A DNA stretch of 63,475 nucleotides, the filler included, from Hausera hauseri (taxonomy: Eukaryota): NCBI GenBank assembly GCA_046269625.1. It is 12 parts of 12 records of this genome, joined end to end, with 100 filler letters (N's around TTAATTAATTAA, not from the genome) between each part and the next. Parts side by side here need not be neighbours in the genome. Positions count along the whole stretch, not along the records: positions 36,360 to 40,449 come from JBJURY010768096.1; positions 40,550 to 45,870 come from JBJURY010280618.1; positions 45,971 to 49,941 come from JBJURY010849080.1; positions 50,042 to 54,003 come from JBJURY010855634.1; 8 more parts are not named here. One strand, given 5' to 3'. Numbering within the stretch: position 1 is the first letter of the stretch; every line of letters starts with the position of its first letter. Shown one piece after another: positions 39,275 to 53,135 of this stretch. The position numbers and the translations under genes were made by a program. The notes below the pieces were generated by a model. That model did not search any database, had not been told where the DNA came from, and saw only the letters and a program-made list of their open reading frames with translations.

Positions 39275-39405
39275 CTCTTTTTGAAGTTTTCTTTTCGAAA
39301 ATCTTTCTTTTTGAGTAGTTTTCTTTTTTTGAATAGTTTTCTTTTTGAAGTTTTCGTTTTGAATAGTTTTCTTTTTTGAAGAGTTTTCTTTTTTAAATAA
39401 TTTCT
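39275..39405. repeat. Degenerate 16-18-bp tandem repeat (TTTTTGAA.AGTTTTC)
   Basis: About 7 consecutive units. Confidence 0.8.
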
Positions 39406-41600
39406 CCATACTTTAAACTGTGGATTTAAGCAAATGAGTTTAAATCCATAGATTTTGTTTTGTGACTTTGTTGGCTACAAGTGCTGATTGCCCAGACACT
39501 TACAATTCCCTATTTGTTTTTTAATTTATATTTTTTAGTTTGATGTTGGGCGAACTCGTGATTCTATATTGTGATTTTCAGGTTACCCGATTTTCGTTAT
39601 TCATTTGAAATGTTATTTGCTTGCTTAATTAAAGGTTTAATTTTTCGTCAGCATTTTTTGTGATATTTATGATAAGCATGGAAACAGTGAAAATAAAGTG
39701 ATATTATTGTTTTGTAAATTTTATTGGGTGTGTGGATTTTAAATTTTATTTTAAATTTTGTTGTTAGTGTCGAAATTTATTTAACATGTTTGGTATAATT
39801 TATTTTTATTTCCTTTTTTCCCTTTTTTGTAAAATGGAACCTTACAATAATGTTTGCATAATTACTATTATTTGATTACTTTACCGCTTTGATTAACAAT
39901 TGTTTTACAAATAATATTGGGGATACGCATCATGGGGTTTAACAGTAACACAGGACATTTAATGTTTATTATTTATGATATCCACAATGAACAATGTTTG
40001 TGTCAGTTTCTATTACAATCAAATGTTAGTTCTTGCAATAGATTTGAAACAATAATTGTGATTTGGTTTTCGATCTTCTGAGTTGGTTACTGGGGTATTT
40101 TGGGTTATTTAATTTTATTAACGAACCCTAACAGTATACGCTCAAAAACTTTAGACTTAAGAATGAAGACTGCTTAAATATTTGAAGCCAAGGAGATGCA
40201 AAAACGTTTTGTTATTTCTAAACAGAACGTAATAAATTTAGCAAAAATATGGGATTATTGAGTTGCACTACTGTAATAGGATAAATCTTCATTCAGGAAA
40301 TGTGGTAAATGGTTGCAATTTAGATCGAGCAATATAAGAATTAAAGAAAAAAGCTAATAATTGGTTGAGTCAATTACGATACTAGAGCGAAATAAAAATA
40401 ACTAGGTGGTTACGAATGAAAGGCAAAAGAAGTTTTTTTCGCTGATGATNNNNNNNNNNNNNNNNNNNNNNNNNNNNNNNNNNNNNNNNNNNNTTAATTA
40501 ATTAANNNNNNNNNNNNNNNNNNNNNNNNNNNNNNNNNNNNNNNNNNNNCATTAAGAGCGTACATTTTCGGACTAAACCCAAGATAAGCAGTAATAATTT
40601 TGCTGTTTAACTCGTCCTAAATGAGATTTTTGGTCGATTCTAAATTCATTTTCTTAATTACGCAAACGGAAGAAATATGATTAAAAACCTCGGACATTTT
40701 GGAGTTCTGTTATTTACCCCTGTAAAATAAAATTGCAGAACCCCAGTTTAAGTCTAAAAGCAAGGCATTTTACATTTTCGATTGTTACATAATTATAAAA
40801 ACAGCTGAATGTGTTTAACTAAATATTTGCAAACTATCAAAAAGTCAATGGATACAGTGTTAGCAATAGTAAACAAGAATTTATTTGCGTTCCGATTTTT
40901 GAATATTTAAACAAGAACAATTGATAAAACTGCATATTAGCAAGGTCGGGTAAAACCGAGTCATCCCAAATAAATCGTAATTTTCGCTCATAGTTATTTT
41001 ATAGCCATCCGTCATTTCGAATAGTCATGAACTAATAAATTTTTGATATTTCGAAATATTTAAAAATTCATGTTCCAAATTTAATTCTGCTGTCTGGAGG
41101 TAAATTGCGATTTTTCATAGCCTGTACTCTCATAGCATTCATCATCTCATGTAAATAGTTCATTTGATTGATCTAATTTCAAGCGTTTAGAAGGGCTTTT
41201 CTTGATGTGACTTCTGCTCTTACATCCTCCGTAATTACAATCGAATTGTTATTTGTCATAGCATCATAGGCCTGAACAGCAATTCCTGCATATTTCAGTT
41301 ATTTTCTAAGTACCAATATCAGTGCTGGATCATTTTTTCACTTCTCTTTCTTAATAACAATCCTTCGATTGTATTGAAAAAATTTTGAAAATATTATAAG
41401 AGAGACTCTGTTTACACATCTGCTTCTTTAATTAACATGTTTATTGTTCATTTTTCCGAATGTTCCTCAATTTTCCGGGTCAAAATTATGGATATATATT
41501 TTCGAAAATAGTACCAGGGTTTTTGGGAGTTTTAACCGACTCCCGTCAACGGATTTTAAATTCTCGAATTCATGGTAAGATACAGCATAGGGGAATTTAA

Positions 41601-44235
41601 CCATTTCTTTACCAACAGTACATGCACTTTTAATATTTCAACTCCACACACATTTTCTATGTAAATACTATTAGTATAACATACAGTTGAAAATTTTTAG
41701 CAAAAATTATATAACTAATAAAGTTATATAACCGGGACTCCAAAGTCCCGACGGTAAAGTACAACATCCGAATCTACACAGGTCACACTCATGCCAAGAG
41801 CCAGTCACAGTTCAATAAGCAAGCTGCTAACACCACTATCAGTCTCTAACTGTCGTCAACTTTATATCGGCAACAGTTCATCTTGCTGTTGCAACACCGG
41901 TGAACTTTACAAAAGCTGCATGTGGAGTATGGCCTCGACTCGCGTTCAGTTTGGAACACTGAGCACAGCGACCCCTGTCCTCACCAAACACTGGCCAGTG
42001 ACTGCCTCTGTTTGATGTAGCAGCTTCCGGCAATGACCGCTTTCGATTCTTTCCCTGAACAGTTTCTGACGATCGAAACGCAATCAGGCAATGGAATTCG
42101 TTCCACCAGATCACAGTAAACAGTGTATGAATTTATCAGGATGATATCAGTCATGCCAAAACAGTCTATACCATCATTTGTTTGACTTTCTGTTGAAGCC
42201 ATACAGAGAGCGCAGCATGTCGGCATGATCTACGCCACACATGTTCCTGTTCTATGCTGCAATGGACTCTGGCTGGCTCACTTCAGTGGTGCTGCCATCT
42301 TTTAGCCGCCGTGTTGTCTTGCCACATGCAGTACCATGTGCACTTGACAGCATATGCACAACTCGGTTGTCTTTCCACTTCAGGAACACCACTCCTTTAT
42401 CTGACACGCCAGTCAGAGTCCCCACGTTTGAGCTGTTTGTCTTCAACCAGCTTTGGTAGGTGTCTCCTTCCTGCTCGTACCGTGCAGCATTCATAGATTC
42501 CATATTCTTCTAGGTAGTTCAACAAAGGGACCGAGGAGAAATAATTATCAAAATACAGCATGTGGCCCTTATCCTGGATTGATGCCGACATATTCACGAT
42601 GACTTGCCCACCAAGTCCAATGTCGGCAGGAGCATCAGTAACCAGAGACTTGCCCTGGTACACATCAAATTGATGAATGTAGCCATTGGTCTCAGCTCTG
42701 CACCAAATTTTGTAGCCTCTCTTTATCGGCTTCATTGGATTGTACTGTTTGATTGAGCTGCGACCTTTGAAAAGTATCATCGCCTCGTCAATGGACTGCA
42801 CTTGAGTTGCAGCAAAAAGTCGCTGAAACTGAGCATTCAACTCAGTTATAAGTGGTCGTAGCTTGTAGAGACGATCAGGGTTTTCTTTACTCCAGCTGCT
42901 GTTATCGGCGACATGCAAGGTGTGGATGATCTCCGAAAATCTATTTCTTGACATGGCCTTTTTCACGCAATTGACACCAAGATCAGTCTGAGTACTCCAA
43001 TAGAGAGTATAGGATGGGAGGCAGTGGTATCCCATCAGTAAATTGATTCCGAAAAAAACAGCTCCTCTTTCTGCAAAGATTGCAGTGGCTTTTATCCAAA
43101 TTTCAGTTGTCTCCAAACTGAATACAAATAGGACTGTTCAACAATATTATTTACAATGTTATCAGACAGAAACATCGTAAAATAGTCGATCTGTGTGCTA
43201 CAGGCAGCGAATTCCTCCTTAGCAGGCCCAGATGGTTCATCCAGAAACACAATCTTCTTGGTTTGCAGCTCTTTCTTACACCACTTTGTCGAACCTAAAT
43301 CCACGTGCCGAGATGTGCTTGATGTACTGATCTCATCGTCAACATCTTCCGGTTCAGAATCAGGCTGGACTTCTGTATCGGTGGATGCAGAAGAATCACT
43401 CTCATCATCAACAGGAGTATCATCTGCAGGATCTGGTATTTTAACTGGTATTGCCTGATGCTTGCGACTATAAAATTACGATGTAGAAAAGGCCTTTTTA
43501 CCTGCATGAAAAAAACTGCAAAATTGATAAACGTCGAGATTCAACTTGTTCATATGTTGGTTACTGATACACATCATTTTGTCTCTCATTCAGCCTACTG
43601 GGTGGGGTACTACCATAGGATTATGATTAGAGTGGGGTTCAATGAGTAGGTTTTATGAGCTGGCAAGACGAATGGTCGTCATATTTATCAGGCAATTATC
43701 GGTATCAGTACCTCAAATGACTGTATTTTGGATTTTTAACAAAGACTGATTCAAATTAAATCTAAATTCAATAATTTACTACTGACAGGGAACGGTATTT
43801 CATATCAAATACACAATGCTAGGTTGATAAGGAACTCTTACGATGAAACGACGTACTTTGCCAACGGGACGTCCTAGTCCCATGCACTTAAAAGCATTTT
43901 TCAACACTAACTCAACATCTAGTCATGTAATCTCATCAATCGTATCAATATCAATAAATAATCAACAAATTCGAATACGAATCTTAGTGCAAAATGAAGC
44001 TTTATCACTATAAATAACAATTTACAAACCATTCGTGATTCAGGAAGTAAACACCGTGGTTGACAGGAAAATCAGTCGTAAATACGAAATCAAAACAGGG
44101 TGCGTTCAATAAATCACATTCCTCCAATTGGGGCCACGAAGTCCCGCTGGTAAAGTGACCGTACAGAAATTCAGATCGATTTTTTTAATCGCAATTTACC
44201 ACTGGGACTTTGAAGTCCCGCAGGTAAAGAAATGG
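41601..44235 (-). mobile_element. Full-length piggyBac transposon with an inactivated transposase
   Basis: TTAA TSD at 41597-41600 and 44236-44239; perfect 13-bp TIR CCATTTCTTTACC. Confidence 0.95.
41830..43507 (-). pseudogene. piggyBac transposase (DDD), frameshifted
   Basis: MSRNRF, SIDEAM, KPIKRGYKIW, YFDNYFSS, WKDNRVV, GVDHAD and a Cys-rich C-terminus. Confidence 0.93.
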
Positions 44236-46263
44236 TTAATAGAATTCTGATAGAACAACCTCTTCACCAATAACAAGTAATTTTGTTTCATAAAATTGTT
44301 CGAAGTGTCCAAAACGAAAAGAAATATATGAACATGTATTTTCGAAACTCACCAAAGGCCAAATAATGAAAATGTAAATCAAAATGGCTAAAATATTTTG
44401 AAAATGTTGCCATTCTATAATTCTTGACCCATATCCACCAAGAGATAAATTTTTAAACATGTTACTCACAATTTGTTTAGTACGAATATTGAAACAAAAA
44501 GTCTATATACAAATTACCAAAGCAAGCCAAGGTGATTAAGTGATCAAGTTTGCACTTAATTATTATTTACATACTTATACGACTTTCACAATCGTTATTA
44601 TAATCAAAATTGCCATATTGCCTAATTCGAACTTCAATTGCCTTTTTTGGAATTATTTGGTCAAAGGACATTCTTTGATTTTAAAGAGATATTCAAAATA
44701 GTCTAAGAGACATGTAATAAGTTATTAAAATAATTACGTTTATTTCGTTACGTCATAAGATCGTAACTGGGTCATCGATAATTCTCTGAATAATCTTTCG
44801 ATGTATTTGGTTCCTCTAGGAATTAATTGTTTAATTTTATCTGATACTGTCGATATAGTTTTTTCGTAAGATTCAAGTTTCATATTCTGCCGTTGCAATT
44901 CATTATCATTTGCTATATTAAATCGTATTGCGATTTCCAATTCTTCTTCATGTTTCTTTTTCAGTGCAACTATTTCAGACCGCAGTTGTTTGGCTTCTTC
45001 TTTTTGCTGTTCTAATTCACTTCCTAAACCTTCAACCTAAAACGAAAGTTTTCAAATAAACATAATATAGTCAATAGGATTAACTTTATCCTTCAATGTA
45101 TTTGATTCTGAAGTTTTCATTTTTAATTCTCTACGGAATTTCCACATCTGTTCTGCTTGATTTACCCTTGCCACAGAAACCTTTCGTTGACGATCACGTT
45201 TTTGTGATATCAAAATAACATTTCTATTTTTGCCATATCATCTGCCCCTAAATTCCCAATTGAGATCTTGTTAAGAGCTTTTTGAATAAAAGGGCAAACC
45301 AGAGCCTCCACTTCCCTCCATGTATATTTCATCATGTCTGATTCTTGTACTGTATTTCTACGTCTGTATATGTCTATATTTTACAAAGCAAAAGCGGGCT
45401 TTCACATTTTAGCTATTGGCTCTTAGGAAGCATTAAAGTCTGTCAGATGAATTGGAAAAATCATTTTAAGAGAGCATGAAAAGACATCAAATCTTAAATA
45501 CTTTTCAGACAGACTTTGTTTTTGTTATTCATTTAGTAAATGGTGCAAACACTAAATTTAAGTTCCAGGAATAACTATGCAAGTACTTTTATTCTGTTTG
45601 ACTCTTTTTAGTCTTTCTGATTAGTTTGATTCTGTGCACGTGTGCAAGATATTAGTGTTTCTAATGCAAACTGAAAGACAATGTTGATATTTTGTTTTGT
45701 GTATGTATGTGTGCGTAGCATCCTGTTATGTTCTGCAGAAGAAATAATTACCATGCATTGATGATGACTATAACTGTAACTATTATTGGAAACCTTCAGA
45801 AGGTGTGACAAGATTTATGAACTTTTTATTGTGTGATCATAAAACAGGGTGTGCGACAGGGTTGTGTTCTNNNNNNNNNNNNNNNNNNNNNNNNNNNNNN
45901 NNNNNNNNNNNNNNTTAATTAATTAANNNNNNNNNNNNNNNNNNNNNNNNNNNNNNNNNNNNNNNNNNNNTTACATATATTTCTCGTGAACATGGTTCAC
46001 AATGCGCTTATAAAAACTGTTTAGCGTTATGTCAAAGTTATATTGTTACGAAATAAATGTGTTATGAAAAGTATTTGGTTTTTATAAGACACAAGCATAA
46101 AATGAAAAAACATGTATTGAAAAACAATCACATAATAGTATCATCGCAGTTACTGTCACTGTAAGGTTCTGTGTCTGGTAAGAATTCATTCATGGGTTTT
46201 ATCAGGAGTCCTACCCATCTTATATACAGGCACTGGTGTTCAGCATCCTGTACTATCACAAAC

Positions 46264-46410
46264 TCACTTTTTTCTGCATAGTGAACAAGACAATTTACTT
46301 CTTAGCCATTTCTGCAGACAGCCTATATAGAACATATGTGCATCGCATGTCGCCATTCGCATTATCTTATCGGGCATCTGCTCCCAACAAATCGGACAAG
46401 TTTTTGACAT
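46264..46410 (-). CDS. Small RING-finger (E3 ligase-like) ORF, probably frameshifted at its 3' end
   Basis: MSKTCPICWE...TCDAHMFYIGCLQKWLRSKLSCSLCR; CAAAATG start context. Confidence 0.75.
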   Translation of the reverse strand: MSKTCPICWEQMPDKIMRMATCDAHMFYIGCLQKWLRSKLSCSLCRKK

Positions 46411-46659
46411 TTTGAAATAATGATAGATTAATGCAAGTAATTGTCGCACTGTATTAATTTGTTAATCAAATTTCAAATTTATTGATTATATTGATCTTAC
46501 TTGGTCTTAACCTATATAGTAATTACTTAGTTTTACTTGGCCTTATCCTATATCCCACATTACTTGTTCAATAAGACAACAACACGATATTTCTATACAA
46601 GATTTATTACAAACAAAAATAACAACGACTAACAAAATGTACATATTTACAGTGCCACA

Positions 46660-49600
46660 TATCAATGATGTAGTGTGTGGATTCCATCGCTTAGGATCTG
46701 CCGCTTATCGTCCATCCAATCTAGGCTTTTCTTCTATAAGGTTACAGTTTATATGTTATAAGCCCTAGATTGTATCCGTCTCATCTCTGATATGATGTGA
46801 GTCTGCTCCTGCAGAACTCTCACATAGTCACTGAAGCCAACCTACTTGGTCAATGTAGCCCTTTGAACCCATTTTGCCCGCTTCTTTACTTGGCCACATA
46901 CGTCTAGAGCATACATTTTAGATCTGAGAGCCACAAATCTCGAGACGACTGCCCCATTCACCTCATCTTTGAATTTCCCTAGGACCTTTTTGTTGGCAAT
47001 TGAATAGTTGGGATGATTCTTCGTATAGTCCGAGTTATCCATATGCTTTGCTAACTGGGCAAAGTTTTCATAAATATTATCTGTATGGATCTGATAGATG
47101 AAACTATCAGTATCAATACACATCAGCTGCTTGGACTTGAACTTGGGGATCATGATGTCGTAGTGGAAATGATACATCAGGGTCTTTGACAGGTCGAGGA
47201 TTGCCATACCCACATATATAGGCTTGCTGAATACCAAGGATATTTTCAGCATAAGAATGCTGACGAAGTTCTCTATATCATGCTACTATGGGAGTTAGGC
47301 TTGGCAATAAGCTTCTTTGCGCGCTTCCAGTCAGAGTCCAGTTCGATGTTGATCCTGTTGCAAATATTCTCAATGGTCTTACCAAAGACCGAGTTGTTGT
47401 AAAGCTTGAACTGGTCCTTCTCAAAATCGTTCTTGGCATTTGTCCTAAGCTTGGTATTGAGATCTATGTAGGGCTGCAGCCACATGGACTGGCTGAAATG
47501 CAGGGTTCTACGGATCTTAGTAATACGAAGTCCATGTCTAACTGCTTGCTGGAGATTAATGTAGTGAACTACATACCTCTCCCTATTACCCAGATGGCAG
47601 AGCAGATTCTTATGCTTTCCATGAGGAGGAGGCCTGCTCTCAGAGAGGAAAGGCAGCTGTTGATGCCTTGCTTGGATGAAAGCCGGATATTCCATATCCA
47701 CCTCCATTATATAGCCCGTATCTTCAGTGGGATCCAGGTCCAATATAGGGATGTTTTCAGGATTCTCGACCCATTTAAAGTTATCATATGGCAATGGGGT
47801 ACTCATTGCGTATCCATACAAGTTGTTGACATCGAGGTATAATATATATGAGGATTCCTTGGATGGATCACACTGGGCCATATACCTGTTGTTGGCCTCA
47901 CTATACCGGTGAATGATCTGGCATATTCCGCATGTAATACCTCTCTCGATCATAAGGAGCATATCATAATCCTTAATGAACTGCTGCCTAATACCTGTAT
48001 ATCTCAGCATTGCTGCCCTACTCATCCCTGGCGTCCTAAAGAAATGAACCGGATCCAAAGCATGACTCTTTATTGTAACATCCCTGAAGCTCTCAAAGAC
48101 ATTTGTCAGCAGCATCCCGTCCATCTTGAGGTATATGTCGCTGTATTCCCCTAATATTTGGCATTGGAATGCATGCCAGACGTTCTGGGCATGCTGATAG
48201 TCAGCATCACTGATATCGCAATCAGAGAGGATACTGTAAAATTCCTTTTTGTACGGCAATGAGGTCTCATCCAGTGTTTCCCATGAGGTTATGTAGTTAT
48301 AAGGAAACACACCTTTCCTCTTGACGAGGTGATATGCTATAGGGAAGAACCGCTTCGTCCCCTTGAGTTCTTCTGCAGGGAGGTTCTTCACTAAACTATC
48401 CAGTGACGAACTCAAAAAGCGGAAGCTGTCTATGAATCGAAGTCTAATGCGGCCCACATGCTTCGTGAAGGTGATATATTTTTCCTCACTATTGGGAATG
48501 ACATCAATGTTCCCATCAATGTTGCCCAGTTCCCGAACAATGAAGTGGGAATCATAGCCACTGAAATTGTGGAACACTACAAGCACATATGTGCATGTTT
48601 TTCAACGCAGATTGCAGTTGCTGCATGCTGCATCTCGATATTTGCCTGTAAAATGACAATTCTGCCTGACTTTATGATTATCCTTGTTGAAGGACTTGTC
48701 GCACAAGTAACATGTTGTTGTCTTGCGTCATTCTTCTTTTTGTTGCTTCAACATTCTCATATTATCTTTATGCTGCTGAAGCAGCTTTTCAAGCCTATGA
48801 GCCATGTCTTCAAGTCGTTTCATGAAATGTACTGCTGCACCTGAACCCCTGAATAGAAACGGTTCACTTTCCAGTCCTTTGGCATACATGCAATACAATG
48901 AGAGTTCATGATATTAATATGCCGTTGTGTTGCTATGTTGAGGACTGGGAGTGCAGCTGTGAATTGGCCGGAGAATAGATAACTATTGGGACCTTGATCT
49001 TCTTCTCGAACTCTTTGAATTAAATATAGTCCCCCTTGGGAAAATCTGGCCTTATACAGTAATTGTTGCTGCAGTACATTTTGTGCTCTGCAAGCTTGTC
49101 CACGGCCTCATCGCCGCTAAAATGGGAAAAGCATCGTTTACATATTTCAATTTTTCCTTATGTTTCGTAATTTGTGATCCCACTAGACGCTCAAAGTTCT
49201 TGATCCAAACATAATGTTTCTTTTCTCAATCGTTTAGTAGGAGCAGATCCCTATGATCTTCCAATTCAGTATCATATATATGCAGGCGATAAAGTTTGTC
49301 CTCCTCATCCAATCCAATGATTTTGATGGATATGTTGTTGATTCGGCTAAACTTCTTAATTTCATCTAAGGATGGAGCGAATGTGATTCATTGGAAGTAA
49401 TAGTTGTGCTTCAGATCATTATATAGCCAAACTCGATCTGCTGTATGTTTTTGATCCGGTAAAAGTTTACATAAAATGGCATACATGAAACACATGCTGT
49501 CATTATTATTGACATTGACACATGCTTTTTAGCGATCCAATCCGCAAGCTGAATATAAGAACTGCCCGGCATTGGAGAATACTTGTGAACATACACAAGC

Positions 49601-49941
49601 AATCTCTTGGTGGTTGCCAGAGTCCATCCGCTCTTTTTATCCTGACTCTCATCGGCTTCACGAATCAGCCTTGCATGCTCTTCATGCAGCCATTCTACTA
49701 TAATGGTGGCTTCAAAAATGGATCTATTTGTGGTCTTGAAGTCCCTTTTGGACTCTTCGGCATCAACATTGACGTATGTGGCTTCAAATTTACTATTAGC
49801 CTTAATGGCCTTGAGCTCAGCTATGTTGTCCTGGAGAATTCCTTTTGTTTCTTTTTCTGTGTATTCCAGGAACTCCTTGATGGTTGTTTGACCAGTTGCA
49901 TCAATGACATATTTGCGGCATTTCCTCTTTAATGCTGCAGC
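46660..49941 (-). pseudogene. polB: Polinton/Maverick-type protein-primed family B DNA polymerase, copy 1
   Basis: FHNFSGYDSHFI, RKGVFPY, YLDVNNLYGYAM, KLYNNSVFGK, IDTDS, LGKFKDE, LRSKMY. Confidence 0.93.
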
Positions 49942-50949
49942 NNNNNNNNNNNNNNNNNNNNNNNNNNNNNNNNNNNNNNNNNNNNTTAATTAATTAANNN
50001 NNNNNNNNNNNNNNNNNNNNNNNNNNNNNNNNNNNNNNNNNAGCAATACATGTTTTACCAGATAATATTAAAGTTTTTGATCCACTATGGATGCATTATC
50101 CATCATCATTGGTGGCGAAATTGGTACGTATGCGGCAACCTGCCACATGCAATGATGTTATGTATCATGATCCATTAACATTTCTATGTGGGAATTATTG
50201 TGTGGACTGGCTTAAACGACAACGGATATAAAATGTTATAAACGTTGTCATTATTGTGTTAAGAAATGTTGTTGAAATAACGTCTGTCTTCTTTATTAAC
50301 TTGGAGTGATTTGTGGATAATAATAATGAATACACAAAAGGAGCTGTGTATAATGTCAGTGGATAATATGTTTCATCTACTACATTATGTATTTGCGTAA
50401 GTGAATTTTGAATATTGTAAAAGTAACATATGCTATTCTAGACCTACAGTACATTGTTACACAAACAGTGCACAAGCAACAAGTGCCTATTTGACGGAAC
50501 ATCATTACAAACTGATGTGGGAAGAATATAATACCCATTTTTGCAGAGATAGTCTCATGCTAGACGTTGAGACATGATGCCACGTTCTACGTCAAGGGTC
50601 ATGCTGATGGGCGGAAGAAGATATTTACCAGTATATTTTTAGATTTATAAAGATGTACATATGAATACGGCAAATTGGTAACTATACCAAAGAACATTAC
50701 ATGTATTTATTGTAAACATGGTTTACGTTGTGCTTATAAGAAGTGTTTAGCTTTATGCCAAAATTATGTAATGAAATAAATGCTTTATGAAAATACTTGT
50801 ACAGTTTTACTTGACCTATATAATATTTAGTTACTTGGCCTTATTCAATATCTCTCATTACTTAATCAAAAACACGATCTTTTATACGATTTACTGATAC
50901 AACACTACAATACGTCGTAAAAAATACACAACGACAATGATATTTACAT

Positions 50950-53135
50950 ATTCACATTAATGCAGCATGCCCGTGAGGTATTGTGTTGATTCCGTTATCC
51001 AGGATGCGTTTCTTGTTATTGTACCATTCCAGGCTCTTATTCTGCAGTGTTACTGTTTAGATCTCATGAGCCCTAGACGGGATCCTTCGCATTTCGGACA
51101 TTACGTGAGTCTGCTCCTGCAGAACTTTCACATAATCCGCAAAAGTGATTTTCTTGGCTAAAGTCGCCCTTAACCTCTTTAGCTCGCTTCTTTACTTGAC
51201 CACATACATCGATGGCATACATTTTACTCCGCAGCTTTAAAAATCGCGCGATGACTGCCCCATTCACCTTGTCTTTAAATTTCCCAAGGACTTTTTTGTT
51301 GGTTATTGAATAGTTGGGATTCTCCTTCGGGTAATCAGACGTATCCATATGCTGAGATAATTGAGCGAAGTCTGCAAAGATGTCCTCTGTATGGATAGAA
51401 TAGATAAAGTGTCCATGTATATTAGCTGTATAGACTGGAATATTGGGACCATGATGTCGTAATTAAAGTCGTACATCAAGGTCTTTTACTGAACTTGAGC
51501 GATGTTTTCAGCATATGGATGCTGACCAGGTTCGCTACATATATAGTGCTGCTGTGGAAGTTCGGCTTGGCTATCAGCTACTTTGCCCGCTTCCACTGGC
51601 ACACCAACTCTATGTTGATCCTGTTCCGGATGTTCTCCATCGTTTTGTCAGAAACGCTGTTGTTATACAGCTTTTTGAAGTCGTTTTGGCATTACCCCGC
51701 AGCTTCGAATTGAGGTCTATGTACGGCTGCAGTCACTTGGACTGGCTGAACCGCATGGCCCGATGAATCTTCGTAATGCGGAGTCCATTTCTGACCGCTT
51801 GCTGGAGATTTACGTAGTGGACTACATACCTCTTCCTCCTGTCCAGATAGCAGAGCAGCTTTTGATGTTTCCCATGAGGCGGAGGCTTGCTCTTAGGAAG
51901 GAAAGTCGGTTGTTCGTGCCTTTTGTGGGTGAAAGCTGGATATTCAACATCTACCTCCAATATGTAGCCCGCATCTCCAATGGGATCCAGATCCAGTAAA
52001 GGGATGTCTTCGGGATGTTCGACCCACTTGAATTCATCATATGGCAATGGGATGCTCATTGCCCATTCATATAAGTTGTTGGCATCTAGGTAGGCAATAT
52101 ATGAAGATGCCTTTGCTGAGTAATATTCAACCATATACTTGTTGTTGGCCTCACTATACCGGTAAATGGTCTCATTCGATCACGAGGATCATGTCGTAAT
52201 CCTTTAAGATCTGTAGCTTAATACCACTATATCGCAGCATTGCTGCCCAGCTCATCCCTGCAGCTGTAAAGAAATGAACCGGATCCAATACGTGGCTCTT
52301 TATGGTAACATCCCTGAAGCCCTCAGAAACATTCGTCAGCAGCAGCAGCAGCAGCAGCAGCCGCAGCACATCCGTGAGTAGATATATGACACTGTATTTC
52401 CCAATTTTCCTGCAATGGAATGCATGCCAGATTTTCTGCGCGTGCTGACAGTCCGCATCGCTATATGGCTGTCCGACAGCTTGTTATAAAACCCTGCTTG
52501 TCCGGCAATGAGGTCTCATCCAGTGATCCCCATGAGGTTATATAGTCATAGGGAAACACTTCTTTCCTCTTGACAATGTCAAATATAGTGGCGAAGAACC
52601 GCTTTGACTCCTTGAGTTCTTCTGCAGAGAGGTTCTTCATTAAGCTGCCAATTGAAGACGACATGAAAGGGGAACTGTCTACGAAGCGGAGCCTGATTTT
52701 CCCGACATGCTTTGTAAATGTGACGTACTTCTTCTCATTGTTGGGAATCACATCAATGTTACCCTCATTCTTGCGTAGTTCCCGAACAATGAAGTGGGAA
52801 TCATAGCCACTGAGATTATGGAACATCACAGGCACATATGTACATGTTTTACAACAAAGATTGCAGTTGTTGCATGCCGCACCTTGATATATGCCTGTAA
52901 AATGGCAGTGATCCCTGACTTTCAAATTCTCCTTAGTGAATGATTTGAAGGACAAGTATAATGCTGTTGCCTTGCGCCATTCTTCTTCCTACTTCGTCAT
53001 GCTCATGTTATACTTATGCTGTTGCAACATATCTTCAATTGTATGAGCCATGTCTTCAAGTCGCTTTATAAAATGCGCTGCTGAGCCTGGATCCATGAAT
53101 AAATATGGCACACTGTCCAGTCCTTTGGCATACAG
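50950..53135 (-). pseudogene. polB: Polinton/Maverick-type protein-primed DNA polymerase, copy 2
   Basis: VRDHCHFTG..GAACNNCNL (endonuclease-VII-like insert), FHNLSGYD, YLDANNLY, LGKFKD, LRSKMY; many frameshifts. Confidence 0.93.

Noticed and set aside
44740-45250. Coiled-coil exon-like fragments with a possible short intron
   Set aside because: Plausibly host coding DNA, but no family could be recognised and no gene model could be supported
47288-47842. 184-aa plus-strand ORF, and similar antisense ORFs over pol/polB genes
   Set aside because: Antisense shadows of real coding sequence with no independent motifs
52172-52369. Signal-peptide-like MLRLLLLLLLL ORF
   Set aside because: CAG expansion within a polB fragment
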